Below, in pieces: positions 36,877-56,830 of a stretch of DNA of 64,000 bases. The stretch lies in assembly GCF_009914755.1 (NCBI RefSeq), contig NC_060946.1; one strand, given 5' to 3'. Position 1 is the stretch's first letter, and every line of letters starts with the position of its first letter. The notes below the pieces were generated by a model that was not told the DNA's origin, did no database searches, and saw only the letters and a program-made list of their open reading frames with translations. A program made the position numbers and the translations under genes. The DNA is from the human T2T-CHM13v2.0 reference genome, Homo sapiens.

Positions 36877-37684
36877 ACCTGATACATGGTATGGGAAGTA
36901 CATTGTTTAAACAATGCATGGAGATTTAGGTTGTTTCCAGTTTTTACTGGCACAGATACGGCAATGAATATAATTTTATGTATACATTCATACAAATATA
37001 TCGGTGGAAAATTCCTAGAAGTGGAATGGCTGGGTCAGTGGGCATTCATATTGAGAAATTGGAAGGATGTTGTCAAACTCTGCAAATCAGAGTATTTTAG
37101 TCTTAACCTCTCTTCTTCACACCCTTTTCCTTGGAAGAAAGCTAAATTTAGACTTTTAAACACAAAACTCCATTTTGAGACCCCTGAAAATCTGGGTTCA
37201 AAGTGTTTGAAAATTAAAGCAGAGGCTTTAATTTGTACTTATTTAGGTATAATTTGTACTTTAAAGTTGTTCCAGAAAACAAGGCAAATACTGAAAAGCA
37301 TTTCATCTGAAGTTTCTTTCTGGTATTGAACAGAGTTGGATGGAGAGTGAATGCAGGTTACCGATGTGTTCGCAGGAACAAAACGGGAGGGAGAGTAACA
37401 CAGGTGCACGGCTTCATATTGATTTATCAAAGAACTTGCTTTTGGACTGTTAAAAAATGTGTTGCACAGTTCTGACACTTTTACACAATGATGAGCTTAC
37501 AAAGGGGAAAATGCTTAACATAAACATAGTTTCAAAGAAGGTAAGTCCTAGTTTTTCCACGAGCTGTTTTTTTTTTTGAGAGAGAGTAGTCCCAAAATTT
37601 CCCTATTATGTGGTTTTTCATCCAAAGTGTTGTAATCCGTGTGTTCTAACCCGCATATTACGATTACTCAAGAAATGCAAAATA

Positions 37685-38035
<351 letters not shown>

Positions 38036-39043
38036 CTACAATTGTGGTTGCCATGATGGGGTGGGTCGGAAGACACCGAGGCTGCTTGAATCATGTTCCT
38101 GGCAGGTTAATTTTGTTCCTTTTAGGGCATCTAAATGTTGGAGTTGGCTTTCCTGGCAGAGAGTCCAGTTGTGAGTGGAGTATTGGGTGGAGGCCCCACC
38201 CTCCCCAGGTTTTCTGCAGCTTGTTCCTGGCTCTTCTGGGGCTTCTCTGAGGACCCCGATTGGTCCTGGGGCTTCTTTAGTGGTGGGCCTGGGCCAGTTC
38301 CTTCCGTTGCTCACCTCTCCCCGAAGCTTAAGGATAACATTTCGGGAAGATCATGAGAGAACGTGAACCAAAAAAAAAAAAAAAAATTCAGGTAGGGTGG
38401 GAGCTAAGTTAGTTTAGTATTTGGGATTTTTGTTTTGTTTTGTTTGAGACAGAGTCTCAAACAAAGACCCCGCGCCTGGCCTGGGGGTCTTTTTTTGAGT
38501 CAGCAGTTGAGTTTGAAAATCCCCTTCCTTGGAATCCGCCCAGGCTGTTTTCTCTGGTGGATGCTTATTGCCCCTGCTAACTTCAGCTGCGGTCTCTCTG
38601 CTCGCCTTGCCCTCCCCATCCTCCTTAGACCTTTTAAGCTTCACTTTCCTTTCCTTGCTGCCCCGCCTCCCTGTCTCCCCAGTGTGATCTACCCTGAAAG
38701 GCTGCTGTATTTTGTTTCCCTTTGGGACCGAGCCTGCTCAAATGATCTGCTCCATGAGGTTTTACTGCTATATCCTACTGAAGTATCTGGGAGGTCTTGG
38801 CGGAGAAGAGGACAACATCTTGGAAAATGCAGCCTGGAACCTCTCTGCTCTCTTTCATCAGCTTTCCCTCAATGATGAGCTCAAAATCCTCTTTCTTGCT
38901 GATGGAATTGTCTGCTGTCATCATTTCAGTTGAGTCCTCCTAGGCTGGGCCTTGTAAGAAGAACAACTGTTTATAACTATTGAAAGTCAATATTTACTAA
39001 GAAAAAGAGGTTGTTGTTATCTGAGCCATCCAACATGAATTTA

Positions 39044-39657
<614 letters not shown>

Positions 39658-39659
39658 TT

Positions 39660-40095
39660 CTATTCTCTATTTCTAGGAGATAAGCTTTTTGAGCTTTCAC
39701 ATATGAGTGTGAACATGTGGTATTTATCTTTCTGTGCCTAGGTTATTCCACTTAACGTAATGTACTCCAGGCTCATCCATGTTGATGGGAATTACAGGAT
39801 TTCATTCTCTTGTAATGGCTGAATAACATCCCATTTTGTGTATATAGTCCACATGTTCTTTATCCATTCCTCTTTTGATAGACACTTAGGTTGATTCCGT
39901 ATCTCGGGTATTATGAGCAGTGCTGCAGTAAACATGAGAGTGCAAATATCTCTTCAACATACTGATTCCCTTTCCTTTGGATATATATTCAGCAGTGGCA
40001 TTACTAGATCATGTGGTATATCTATTTTTAGGTTTTTAAGGAATCTCCATACTGTTTTCCATAATGGCTCTACTAATTTACATTCCCACCAATGA
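39660..40095 (-). mobile_element. L1MA 3' relic
   Basis: antisense to the 28600-29400 L1 sequence. Confidence 0.8.
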
Positions 40096-40315
40096 TTTGG
40101 TTGAGTTTATTCCTCACTCTGAGCAGCATGTTAGCTGGACTTAAACCCCGTCCAGCTTGTCTACATCTGGCCCATCACTTGCCAGTGGGAAAGGCACTTA
40201 CTTCTTTGTATCTCAGTTTTCTCATCTGTCAAATGGAAATATAACAGTAATTAATTCACATGGCTGTGTAAGGATAAATAAGACAGTACATATAAAAGGC
40301 TTTCACCTTTTATAA

Positions 40316-43300
<2,985 letters not shown>

Positions 43301-43573
43301 GTTAGGGGATGTGTAGCCTAGCTGTCATTTCCAGCCTAGAGCTCTATGAGTCAGTCTCCCCAAACATTTATCTCCCTCTAAGACCTGCTCTTTGGCATCA
43401 GAACGGATTACATGAATACACATTCCTCCTTCTCTAATTCTTGCCTACCCGCATTGTATTTTCACAGAGATTCCATCGTGCCTGGCTCACATAAGCGCTT
43501 CCTGGAAGTGAAGTCGTGCTGTCCTGAACGCGGGCCAGGCAGCTGCGGCCTGGGGGTTTTGGAGTGATCACGA

Positions 43574-43730
43574 ATGAGCAAGGCGTTTGGGCTCCTGAGG
43601 CAAATCTGTCAGTCCATCCTGGCTGAGTCCTCGCAGTCCCCGGCAGATCTTGAAGAAAAGAAGGAAGAAGACAGCAACATGAAGAGAGAGCAGCCCAGAG
43701 AGCGTCCCAGGGCCTGGGACTACCCTCATG
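43574..43730 (+). CDS. USP18: USP18 exon 2 coding part (exon starts 43468; MSKAFGLLRQ...WDYPH)
   Basis: ttcacag acceptor; N-terminus of USP18; donor G|gtcatt. Confidence 0.95.
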
Positions 43731-43917
43731 GTCATTAGACCCCTCCCGTTTTCCTCTTCTTGACTGCATGTAAATGTTCGGCTCACCCCCTCCGCTCTGA
43801 AGCCGCAGAGCTTTGTATTCGACGGCTCATGCTTTCCTGTGCCTGAGTTTCTGCATCTTTTAGATGGGGATACAGCCTGGGCCATAGTGAAACCCTATCT
43901 GTAAAAAACAAAAACAA

Positions 43918-44269
<352 letters not shown>

Positions 44270-44894
44270 TCATCTGTGGAAACTGCTTTAAGCCAGTGCT
44301 GGGATTCTAGAGGCACTTAGCATTAGTTCCCATCTTTACTGCTACCTTTGTATGGGTCTGTCTGGAAGCAATGTGCTCCTGATAGTCTGGGAGTAGAAAT
44401 CTGTGCTCACCTGTGACCCCAGGTTGTTACTTTCTTACTGTCCTATCTTGTAAGCCAAAGCCCTTTCCCCAAGAATCCTGAGATTAGTGGTACTTCCCTT
44501 GTGGGGTCTGCTGAGCCTAAGGTTGGGTTGGAAAAGAGGAGGTTGGTTGCTAGGGGTCAGACAAATGTTATCTTTTGTTTTTCTCGTATTCTTATAAGTT
44601 CCTTCTGCCTTTCAGCCTCTCAGGGTGACACTGGATTAGGTGAATCTTCCCCAAAGTAACCTTCTGATTTATTTCCTGCCTCCCTGTAGTGGGAACTGGG
44701 CAGAGACCTCTCCGCTGGACTCCAACATAGACATACTGGGGAGTCCCTCTTATCCCTGAGCCCCACAGATGCACATTTGGACTTAGCTCCGTGGAGAACG
44801 ATTTGAATGAAAGGAAGCCATATTCTCAGTTATGCTTTCTCTAATGTTTTTTTTTCTCTCCCAACAATTGCTCATACTACTCATTTGGCAGTGA

Positions 44895-46078
<1,184 letters not shown>

Positions 46079-46081
46079 TAG

Positions 46082-47034
<953 letters not shown>

Positions 47035-47481
47035 TGACAGCCACTGACTTGGTTAAAAGACAGAGTTGGGACTAGACCAAAGTCGGAGAAGGAGTAAGTC
47101 AGTGGGGAGTACACACCCCTCCTTCCACCAACACTCACACAATGCACTCTCTCCCTCTGTCTCTCTCTATCACTCCTTTTCTGCCCTGTGCTCTCTCCTT
47201 TTTCCCATCCGAAAAATGCCTGTGATTAAATGAATCATTGCCAAACCACACGGACAGCCTTTCATGTTGCCTTTCTTCCCAGGACCTAACCCAGCATGTG
47301 CCTCTGCAGTCTGGAGAGCTTTAGGCTGGACATTTTGCTGCTTGCCCGAGATGTGGAGCCAGGACCTCGTGCATCTGCCGTCTGCTCTAGCACGATTGCT
47401 GGGCAGGGTGCAGAGGGGCCAAGGCAGCAGTCATGCTGATCCCCCTCTCTAGAGGGTCCCCTGTAGAGCAGATTCACTCAC

Positions 47482-47665
47482 ATGGTGCTTCTCAACCTTG
47501 ACCACACATTGAAATAATCTGAGGAACTGAAAAATTCTGATAACTGCCCGCGCCCCGCCCCCCGGACCCAGAATTCTGGTTTAATTTGTATGGGAGTGGC
47601 CTGGATATGAAGATTTAAAATTTCTCCCAGGTGATTCCAGTGTGCACCTAGCTTTGAGAACTACA
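47482..47665. mobile_element. MER5-type hAT-Charlie element
   Basis: gtgcttctcaac...ttgagaactac TIRs. Confidence 0.75.
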
Positions 47666-47699
47666 TGTAAGGAGGTTTCTGGCTGTTCTTGTGTGGCAG

Positions 47700-47845
47700 G
47701 ATCACGGTGCCCAGGGGAGCTGACGAGCAGAGGAGAAGCGTCCCTTTCCAGATGCTTCTGCTGCTGGAGAAGATGCAGGACAGCCGGCAGAAAGCAGTGC
47801 GGCCCCTGGAGCTGGCCTACTGCCTGCAGAAGTGCAACGTGCCCT
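47700..47845 (+). CDS. USP18: USP18 exon 4 (ITVPRGADEQ...KCNVP)
   Basis: ag/gtaaga, 146 nt, phase continuity. Confidence 0.97.
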
Positions 47846-48561
47846 GTAAGATACCCTCCCACTGGGCTCCTGGCTGCTGATCCAAAGGGGATGGGAAGCT
47901 TAGAGAGTGAAGAGAGGAACTAACGGGCAGTGAAGCAACAAGAAGCAAGTTAGGTAGCCTGGACCCCTCAGATTATAGAGACATTTGTGTAAGAGGCACA
48001 CATCTTTGGAGGTGCAGAATTGATATTATTTATGGACATTTTACTTCCATACCTAACCTTTCTCTGCCTCTCAGTAGAGTAAGTGAAGGCATCTCCTCCA
48101 AGCTTATTCCACCACAGTCAGGGAACTGCAGGAAAACAGAATAAAGGAATAAAAAAGAGAAAACATGTTCTACAAAATAATTCACAAATAGGTTAGGTTT
48201 TTTTTTTTTTTTTTAGATAGCTATATTGGGTTGTGCATCACATACTGTAAAATTCATCCATTTAAAAACATACAATTCAAAGGTTTGTAGTGTATTCACA
48301 GAGTTGTGCCTCCATCATCACAATCTAATTTCATAACATTTTCATCACCCCCAGAAGAAATCCTACACTTACGGGTTTTCCCTTGTGTATAATACATTGC
48401 TTTTCTCTTGCTGCTTTCAGAATTCTTTGTCTTTAACTTTTGAAATTGATTATGATGTGTCTTGATGTGGGTTGCTTTAGATCAGTCTTATTGGTGTCCT
48501 TTGGGCTTCCTGGATGTGGATTTGTATTTCCTTCCCTGGGTTGGGAAGTTTTCAGTCATTA

Positions 48562-48760
48562 TAGGTATGCGTTGCTTACCAACAGGGATACGTTCTGAAA
48601 ATGCATCAGAAGGTGAATTTGTCATTGTGTGGACATCATGGAGTGCACTTACACAAATTTAGATGGGACAGCCTACTACACAGCTAGGCTGCATGCTATG
48701 GCCACTGTGCTCATGTGGTCTGCCATTGACTGAAATGTTGATCTGCAACTCGTGACTGTT
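48562..48760. mobile_element. Tigger3/MER7 (Golem) relic
   Basis: gggatacgttctgaaaatgcatc...gcctactacac hallmarks. Confidence 0.7.
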
Positions 48761-49271
48761 ATTTCTTTGGATAAGCTTTCCATCTCTTCTCACTCTCCTC
48801 CTTCTGGGACTCTGATAATGCCTATTTTGGTCGGCTTGATGTCCCCTAACTCTCTTAAGATATCTTCACTCTTTTTCATTCTTTTTCATTTTTGCTCCTC
48901 TGAATGATTTCCAGTGACCTATCTTCTAGTTTGCTAATCCTTTCTTCTGCTTGATTTAGTCTGTTGAGCTTCTCTTTTGAGCTCTTATTGCAGTTATTGT
49001 ATTCTTCAGCTCTGTTATTTCTTTTGAACTTTTTTCTGTCTCTTTGCTGAAATTCTTACTTTGTTCATGCATTGCTGTCCTAGACATGGTAAGCATCTTC
49101 ATGATCATTATTCTGAATTGTCTGTAAGGTAAGTCACTTATCTTCATTTCACCAGGGGCATTTTCTGGAGATTTATCTTGTTCTTTTGCTTGGAACATAT
49201 TTCTCTGTTTCTTCATTGTTCTTGATTCTCTGTTATTTTCTGTACTTTAGTTAAGAAAAATACCTCTCCCA

Positions 49272-49704
<433 letters not shown>

Positions 49705-51324
49705 CTATGTTGTTAGCGGCCCTCAGGAGATTAGAATGTGTCAAGTCCTGTCAGTGCCCTAGACAGGGGAGATAGAAACCAGCCCCTTGAGGTGCAGGTG
49801 GAGACGTTGGGGCATTAAATGTGTGTTCCAGTTTATTCTATCCTCAGGGAAAAGCTGGGAGCATGAGTTAATCCGCCACTTGCTCTGCAAAACGCTGGAC
49901 AGAGGATCTGTGGCAAGTGCCTGCACTCATATTGAAACTGCACACTCCTTCACGCATTGTTTTACTCTTTGTCACCCCCAGGGGCCTAGCGAATGCTGGC
50001 TGCTCTCTGCTTAGAGACGGACAGGTTAGTTGGAAGCTTGACGCTATCTGTTGAGCAAACCAGTGGGAGCAGCTGTGGAGGTGCTCACCTGCCTGTTCAG
50101 GGTCTCAGAGGAGCACTGGTTTCCTGCTCTGTCAGCTCCCAGATGCATAGAAACCCCAGGGCAGCAGCTGCACTGTGCAGACAAACTCCTTCTAGGGAGA
50201 AAGTAGGAGCCGGGCCTTTTTGCCTGTTCACGCTGCACTGGGCCTGGGGGGATGTTCTTTGGTCTCTGTGCCCCTGTGGGACTTACAAATACAGAGCCTT
50301 GTCAGCTCCCAAAGCTCGGTGGTCGAGGAGCTAGACCTTCATTTGAGAGGGGTAAATGTGTACTCAATGTGTGAAGTTAGAGACCTGATTTTACCATACA
50401 GCAGGGGGTGGGAGAAGGCATGGGACTTGCCCACAGGCCTGTCCAGACTCCTGGAAATCTATTGTTTACCTGCCTCATTGGCTCCAGGTGCAGGCCAGTT
50501 ATTAATAGAAGCCCATCCCTCGGGCAACAGCTAGGAGAGCCCGCAGACATATCCTTCCAGGGAGAAACTGGAAGCCTGGCATTTCTGCCTGTTTGCTCTG
50601 TGCTGAGCACAGCTGCTGGAAGTGCTCACGTGCCCGTTTAAAACTGCCTCTTTGCCCTCTGTGGTCGCAGAGGATTCATAACTGCTGACCCATGTCTGCT
50701 CCCAGAGCTAGGTGACCCAGCAGCCAAGCCCTTGAGTGGGAACTGCAAAAGCTGGGGCTGCCTATGTGTGGTCCAAACCCTCCCCTCTCCAGGAGAAAGC
50801 TGGGAGTAGGGATTCCTTCCTCACAGTAAGGTACTGTGTCTGGGGTGGGGCTTGTGGTGCGAGTGTGTCTCAGCTTTTCCAACCGGTTGCGATGTGGGTG
50901 TTCTCCCCATTGCCCCCTGTGCAGGCCTCTCTCAGCTGGTTTCTGGGTTTCTTTCAGAGGGAGTTGATCTGTGTGTAGATGAGAGTTTTACCGTGTGTCC
51001 ATGGGAGAAGGGGAGCACCAGGAGCCTCCTTCTCTACCATCTCGCTTGTGTCACCCTCTGTGATTCTTTTTATACATAGTTGAATTTGATTCACTAATAT
51101 TTTGTTGAGGAATTTTGCATTTATGTTCACGGGAGATACTGGTTTTTAGGTTTTTTTCTTACAATGTCTGTCTGGTTTTGGTGTTAGGATAATGCTGGCC
51201 TCAGAGAATGAGTTAGGAAGTGTTCTCTCTGCTTTTGTCCTCTGGAAGAGGTTGTAGGGAATTGGTATAATTTTTCCCATAAATGTTTGGTAGAACCCAT
51301 CGTTCACTAGTGAACCCATCTGGG

Positions 51325-52020
51325 TGTAACTGAGTACTCCCATTTTCTAAGAGATAGTTATATTAGTTTTCTTATTACTTTCTTTTCACTTCTCCTCTTC
51401 CCATCCCTCACCCCTCACCGCGGCCGTGTTTCCTGTTTCCTGTTAGCCCTTTAGAAATGCAAATATCACCTTTCGCCTACCCCTCTCCAGACATTCCCTG
51501 CTGGGCAAAAGGAAGAATCTGTAAATGGAGGTAGGCTGATGGAGGTTTGATTGAGAACGGGCAAGTTCTTCCAGCTGATCTTTCCTGAGACTTGGCAGTA
51601 GATTTGCAGCCCAAAGCATACCCACCAGGGAACTCTCCCTGCCAGGGGGTGGCTTCGAAACTTCCACCCTCTAGGGGTTTGTCTTTCACCCACTAGGAAG
51701 GCATGGAGAAAGCATGCCCACTCGGCCACTTTTCTGCCCGGAAAGGCGCCAACTCAGCTGCTGGGAACTTGATAACTGCCCGGTAGAAAACCGCCATTGC
51801 TCACTCCCCCCACCCCCACAACACACCTTATGAAAATGCCCCTCTCTCCTCCAAAGGAGAAATGGCACATTAAAAGGCAGGATGTGTCTTGCTCCTTGCC
51901 CCAGGCTGGCTTCAGAATAAATTCACATTTGTGTATAAAACCTTTTGTATCACATTTTTTTTTGTATCAGAGTTAGTTGAGCTCTACACGCAGTGAGCAG
52001 CTCCTCAGCTTTTCGCTGCA
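51325..52020 (+). mobile_element. Solo ERV1-class LTR (MER67-like) in USP18 intron 4, AATAAA at 51916
   Basis: TGTAAC...GCA ends, TGGG/TAGG imperfect TSD. Confidence 0.6.
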
Positions 52021-52689
52021 TAGGTACTGTGTTCAGCTTTCCTTCCGTCCTCAGTCTGGAGAACCTCAATCAACCTAGCTCCAGGTTTATGGATTCTTTC
52101 TTTTGCCAGCTCTAATCTGCTATTGACCTCCTCTAGTACATTTTTCATTTCAGTTATGGTTCTCCTCAACTCAAGATTTCTGCTTGGTTCTTCTTTTATA
52201 GTTTTTTCTTTATTGATACTTTTTATTTGGTGAGGCAGCATTTTCACACTTTCTTTTACATCTTTTGACATGGTTTTCTTTAGTTCTTTGAACATATTAT
52301 AACGGCTAAAGTCTTTGTTTAGTAACGCCAACATCTAGGGCTTCTCAGTGAAAGGTTCTACGATTGCTGTTTTCCTGGGTGGCCATGCTTTTCTGTTTCA
52401 TTGTAGGTCTTGTCTCTTTTGTTGGAAAATGAACATTTTAGATAATGTAAGGTGGCAACACTGGACATCAGAGATCCCCACAGCAGGGTTTGTTGTTGCT
52501 GCTGTTTTATCGTTTCTGGGCAGTTCATGATTCTGTATTCGCCTTCATTGCTTTCTTGCATGTGGCCTTGTTGTCAGCCAGAGGGGAGGGATCTGAGCCC
52601 TCTCAGGTCTTACTTGGGCATGCGCCTGGCCTTCTAGATCCTCAGGAATGTATCAGTGCTTTTCAAAGTCCCTGTGGACATCTCATTCC

Positions 52690-53009
<320 letters not shown>

Positions 53010-53164
53010 TGATCACTTCTTCTGTCGTGCCAACTTAGCCTTGCAGTGGGGTGGAGGGCTAGGAAGAGACAAAGTGATGAGTGTTCATGTGTGTCTAAGT
53101 ACCAGGGCATGAGAAGCGACTCTGAAGACCTCACTAATTGGCTGTTCCTTTTCTCTGTGGCCAG

Positions 53165-53244
53165 TGTTTGTCCAACATGATGCTGCCCAACTGTACCTCA
53201 AACTCTGGAACCTGATTAAGGACCAGATCACTGATGTGCACTTG
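53165..53244 (+). CDS. USP18: USP18 exon 5 (FVQHDAAQLYLKLW...VHL)
   Basis: QHDA motif, ag/gtaaga, 80 nt. Confidence 0.97.
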
Positions 53245-53346
53245 GTAAGAACCTAGAACCAGAGCACTCGGAAGCTTAAGATGCTGCTCATTTCACTCAT
53301 TCAGCTGTTGTTCCCGTAGTGTGTAGAGGAATAAAAGAGTTAATCC

Positions 53347-53666
<320 letters not shown>

Positions 53667-53799
53667 TCATAATATTGTTACTGGTATTATTTTGCACCTT
53701 TGTGAGGAGCTTCTGTCTCTTGGCTCCACCTTCTGGCAGTTGGCCTGACCTGGCTTATGGTGGTGTTCCCATCTCACCTCTCCGCTCTCCCTCTTGCAG

Positions 53800-53946
53800 G
53801 TGGAGAGACTGCAGGCCCTGTATACGATCCGGGTGAAGGACTCCTTGATTTGCGTTGACTGTGCCATGGAGAGTAGCAGAAACAGCAGCATGCTCACCCT
53901 CCCACTTTCTCTTTTTGATGTGGACTCAAAGCCCCTGAAGACACTG
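53800..53946 (+). CDS. USP18: USP18 exon 6 (VERLQALYT...KPLKTL), CxxC finger; Thr169 ACG allele
   Basis: ag/gtaagg, 147 nt. Confidence 0.97.
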
Positions 53947-53977
53947 GTAAGGGGATTCTCTTGGTATTTGCTGCCCC

Positions 53978-54700
53978 TGTATGTGTTAGTCCATTTTCTG
54001 TTGTTATAACTCAATATCTGAGACTAGGTAATTTATTTCTTACAGTTCTGGAGGCTGGGAAGTCAAGGTTGAGGGGCTGCACCTGGTGAGGGCCTGCTTG
54101 CTGGTGGGAACTCTCAGAGTCCTGAGGCGAGGCAGTGCAGGGCATCACATGGCGAGGGGGCTGAGCATGCTAATGTGCCAGCTCAAATCTCTCTTCCTCT
54201 TCGTATGAAGCCACCAGTCCCACTCCCAGGATAACCGATTAACCCATTAATCCATGAGTGGATTAATTCATTTATGAGGGCTGTGCCCTCATGATGCAAT
54301 AACCTCCCCCCCCCCTTTTTTTTGGAGACAGAGTCTTCCTCTGTTGCCCAGACTGAAGTGCAGTGGCACAATCTCAGCTCACTGCAACCTCCGCCTCTGG
54401 TGTTAAGTGATTCTCCTGCCTCAGCCTCCCAAGTAGCTGGGATTACAGGTGCCCACCACCATGCCCAGCTAATTTCTGTATTTTTAGTAGAGATGGGGTT
54501 TCACCATGTTGGCCAGGCTGGTCTGAAACTCCTGACTTCATGATCCACCTGCCTCAGCCTCCCTGGGATTACAGGCATGAGCCACCTTGCCCTCCCCAAT
54601 TATCTCTCAAAGTCCCCACCTTTCCATACAGCCACACTGGGGATTCAGTTTCAACCTGGGTTTTGGGGAGGACAAACCCTCAAACCATTACACCACACAG
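53978..54700 (-). mobile_element. MaLR (MST/MLT1A-type) LTR split by an Alu
   Basis: tgttagtccattttctgttg...ggggaggacaaac MaLR hallmarks. Confidence 0.7.
54316..54595 (-). mobile_element. AluS in MaLR
   Basis: dimer. Confidence 0.9.
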
Positions 54701-55202
54701 CACAGTGTGGCCAATTCCCCCTTGCCTCTTTGATCTATCTCTGGCTTCTGGAAAGTCACTTATTTCATTTTCATGGCACTGGCCAATTTCTCCTTTGTTT
54801 GGCAAAAATGTTTTTCCCTCCTACCTCCACTTCCCTCATACTGCTCCCTTAATAGGAGCCCCCTCCTGTTTTGTTCCTCCAGTCAGTAGGTGCCCTTTGA
54901 GATCCTGCCAAGTGGACCACACCAGGCCAGGCATTAAGGGGGATATGAGGAGAACCAGAAGAAAAGCTGAAACCCTCAGCTGCAAAGTGTGGGGAGGCTG
55001 TAACTGATACAGTTTGGGACTGTGTCCCTGCCCAAAAATCTCCTGTTCAATTGTAATCCCCAGTGTTGGAGGTAAAGCCTGGTGGAAGGACATTGGATCA
55101 TGGGGGAGGGTTTCTCGTGAATGGTTTGGCACCATCCCCCGTGGTGCTGTCTTTGTGACAGTGAGCTCTCATGAGATCTGGTTGTTTAAAAGTGTGGAGC
55201 CA

Positions 55203-55458
55203 GGCTGGGTGTGGTAACTCACGCCCATAATCCCAGCACTTTGGGAGGCTGAGGTGGGTGGATCACCTGAGGTCAGGAGTTTGAGACCAGCCTGGCCAAC
55301 ATGGTAAAACCCTGTCTCTACTAAAAACATAAAAAAATTAGCTGGGCGTGGTGGCGCAGCCTGTAGTCCCAGCTACTTAGGAGGCTGAGGCAGGAGAATC
55401 GCTTGAACCCGGGAGGCGGAGATTGCGGTGAACTGAGATCGCGCCCCTGCACTCCAGC
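55203..55458 (+). mobile_element. AluS lacking tail, in MST LTR
   Basis: ends at ctccagc. Confidence 0.9.
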
Positions 55459-55476
55459 TCCCCACTTGGTCTCTTG

Positions 55477-55530
55477 CACCTGCTCCTCCCAGGTAAGACA
55501 CCTGCTCCTCCCAGGTAAGACACCTGCTCC
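55477..55530 (+). repeat. 22-bp tandem repeat CACCTGCTCCTCCCAGGTAAGA x2.5
   Basis: direct reading. Confidence 0.9.
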
Positions 55531-55753
55531 TGCTTGGCCTTCCGCCATGATTGGGAGCTTCCTGCGGCCTCCCTAGAAGCAGATGCTGCCATGCTTCCGG
55601 TTGGCCTGCAGAACCATGGGCCAATCAAACTTCTTTTCTTATAAATTACCCAGTCTCAGCTATTGTCTCACAGCAGTGTGAGAACAGATGAATATAGTAT
55701 TCTAGGTGGGAAATACCAACGCTGCTTTTTCCCTGTTCTCTTGGGTGGGACAG

Positions 55754-55849
55754 GAGGACGCCCTGCACTGCTTCTTCCAGCCCAGGGAGTTATCAAGCAA
55801 AAGCAAGTGCTTCTGTGAGAACTGTGGGAAGAAGACCCGTGGGAAACAG
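55754..55849 (+). CDS. USP18: USP18 exon 7 (EDALHCFFQP...CENCGKKTRGKQ)
   Basis: cag/gtactc, 96 nt, second CxxC. Confidence 0.96.
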
Positions 55850-55872
55850 GTACTCATTCCCTAAATCAGACT

Positions 55873-56158
55873 CAGCTGTCCCTCGGTGCATATGGGGGAT
55901 TTGTTCCAGGACCCCTGCTTTTACCAAAATCCACACACACTCAAGTCACACCCAGTCGGCCCTGTGGAACCCACGTATAGGAAAAGTCAGTCCCTCATCT
56001 ATGCGGTTGTGCATCTGGGATACTTTATTTTTGATGAGCATTTGGTTGCAGATGTGGAACTCGTGCCTATGGGGGAGGGCAGACTGTATTTATTTACAAC
56101 AATTTGTGTATAAGCGGACCCATACAGTCCAAACCCGTGCTGTTCAGGGGTCATCTGT
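55873..56158. mobile_element. MER2 (Tigger-derived)
   Basis: cagctgtccctcgg...ttcaggggtcatctg ends. Confidence 0.8.
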
Positions 56159-56662
56159 CCTTCACTAGTCTGGGGTTGCCCCCCGTGGATTTCCTGATAG
56201 AATCATCAGAGGCCCCGAGGACACCCCATGGTGGGTGAGAAAGGGAATCTGGGTCTGGCTAGTATCTGGGACGCTGTGGTTCTGATATCTGGAGCCGTGG
56301 ATGTGGCTTCTCATGTCGCATCACTGAGAGGGACTGCAGGAGGGCGCCTGAGAGCAGCCGGCAGGGCGTTTCCCTCCAGGCGAGACCAGCTCCCTGGAGC
56401 AGACGCGGTGGCTCCCTGGGTCCTGGTACCTGTGCAGAGCCCTGTGCCCTTGTGCCTCTTGTGGGGGGCCACATGGTGGTAGAATAGCCAAGTTTTGCAT
56501 TATTCTCAGAGGAGCTCAGCAGATTCGGCGAACAGGAGCCTTGAACTCCGTGATGTCGCCCCGCTCCCCTCTTTTTGGGAAGAACGCGTTGCTAGCCCTG
56601 ACATTTCTCTGACTCTCTCATTCCAAGTAGACTTCATCTCCAGAGTGATTTTGATTTTTCAG

Positions 56663-56830
56663 GTCTTGAAGCTGACCCATTTGCCCCAGACCCTGACAAT
56701 CCACCTCATGCGATTCTCCATCAGGAATTCACAGACGAGAAAGATCTGCCACTCCCTGTACTTCCCCCAGAGCTTGGATTTCAGCCAGATCCTTCCAATG
56801 AAGCGAGAGTCTTGTGATGCTGAGGAGCAG
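56663..56830 (+). CDS. USP18: USP18 exon 8 (VLKLTHLPQTLTIHLMRF...AEEQ)
   Basis: LP..L.IHL.RF USP motif, 168 nt. Confidence 0.97.

Larger units (their letters stand above)
55005..55695 (+). mobile_element. MSTA/MSTB MaLR LTR split by an Alu
   Basis: TGATACAGTTTGG...ataaattacccagtctcag hallmarks. Confidence 0.8.
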
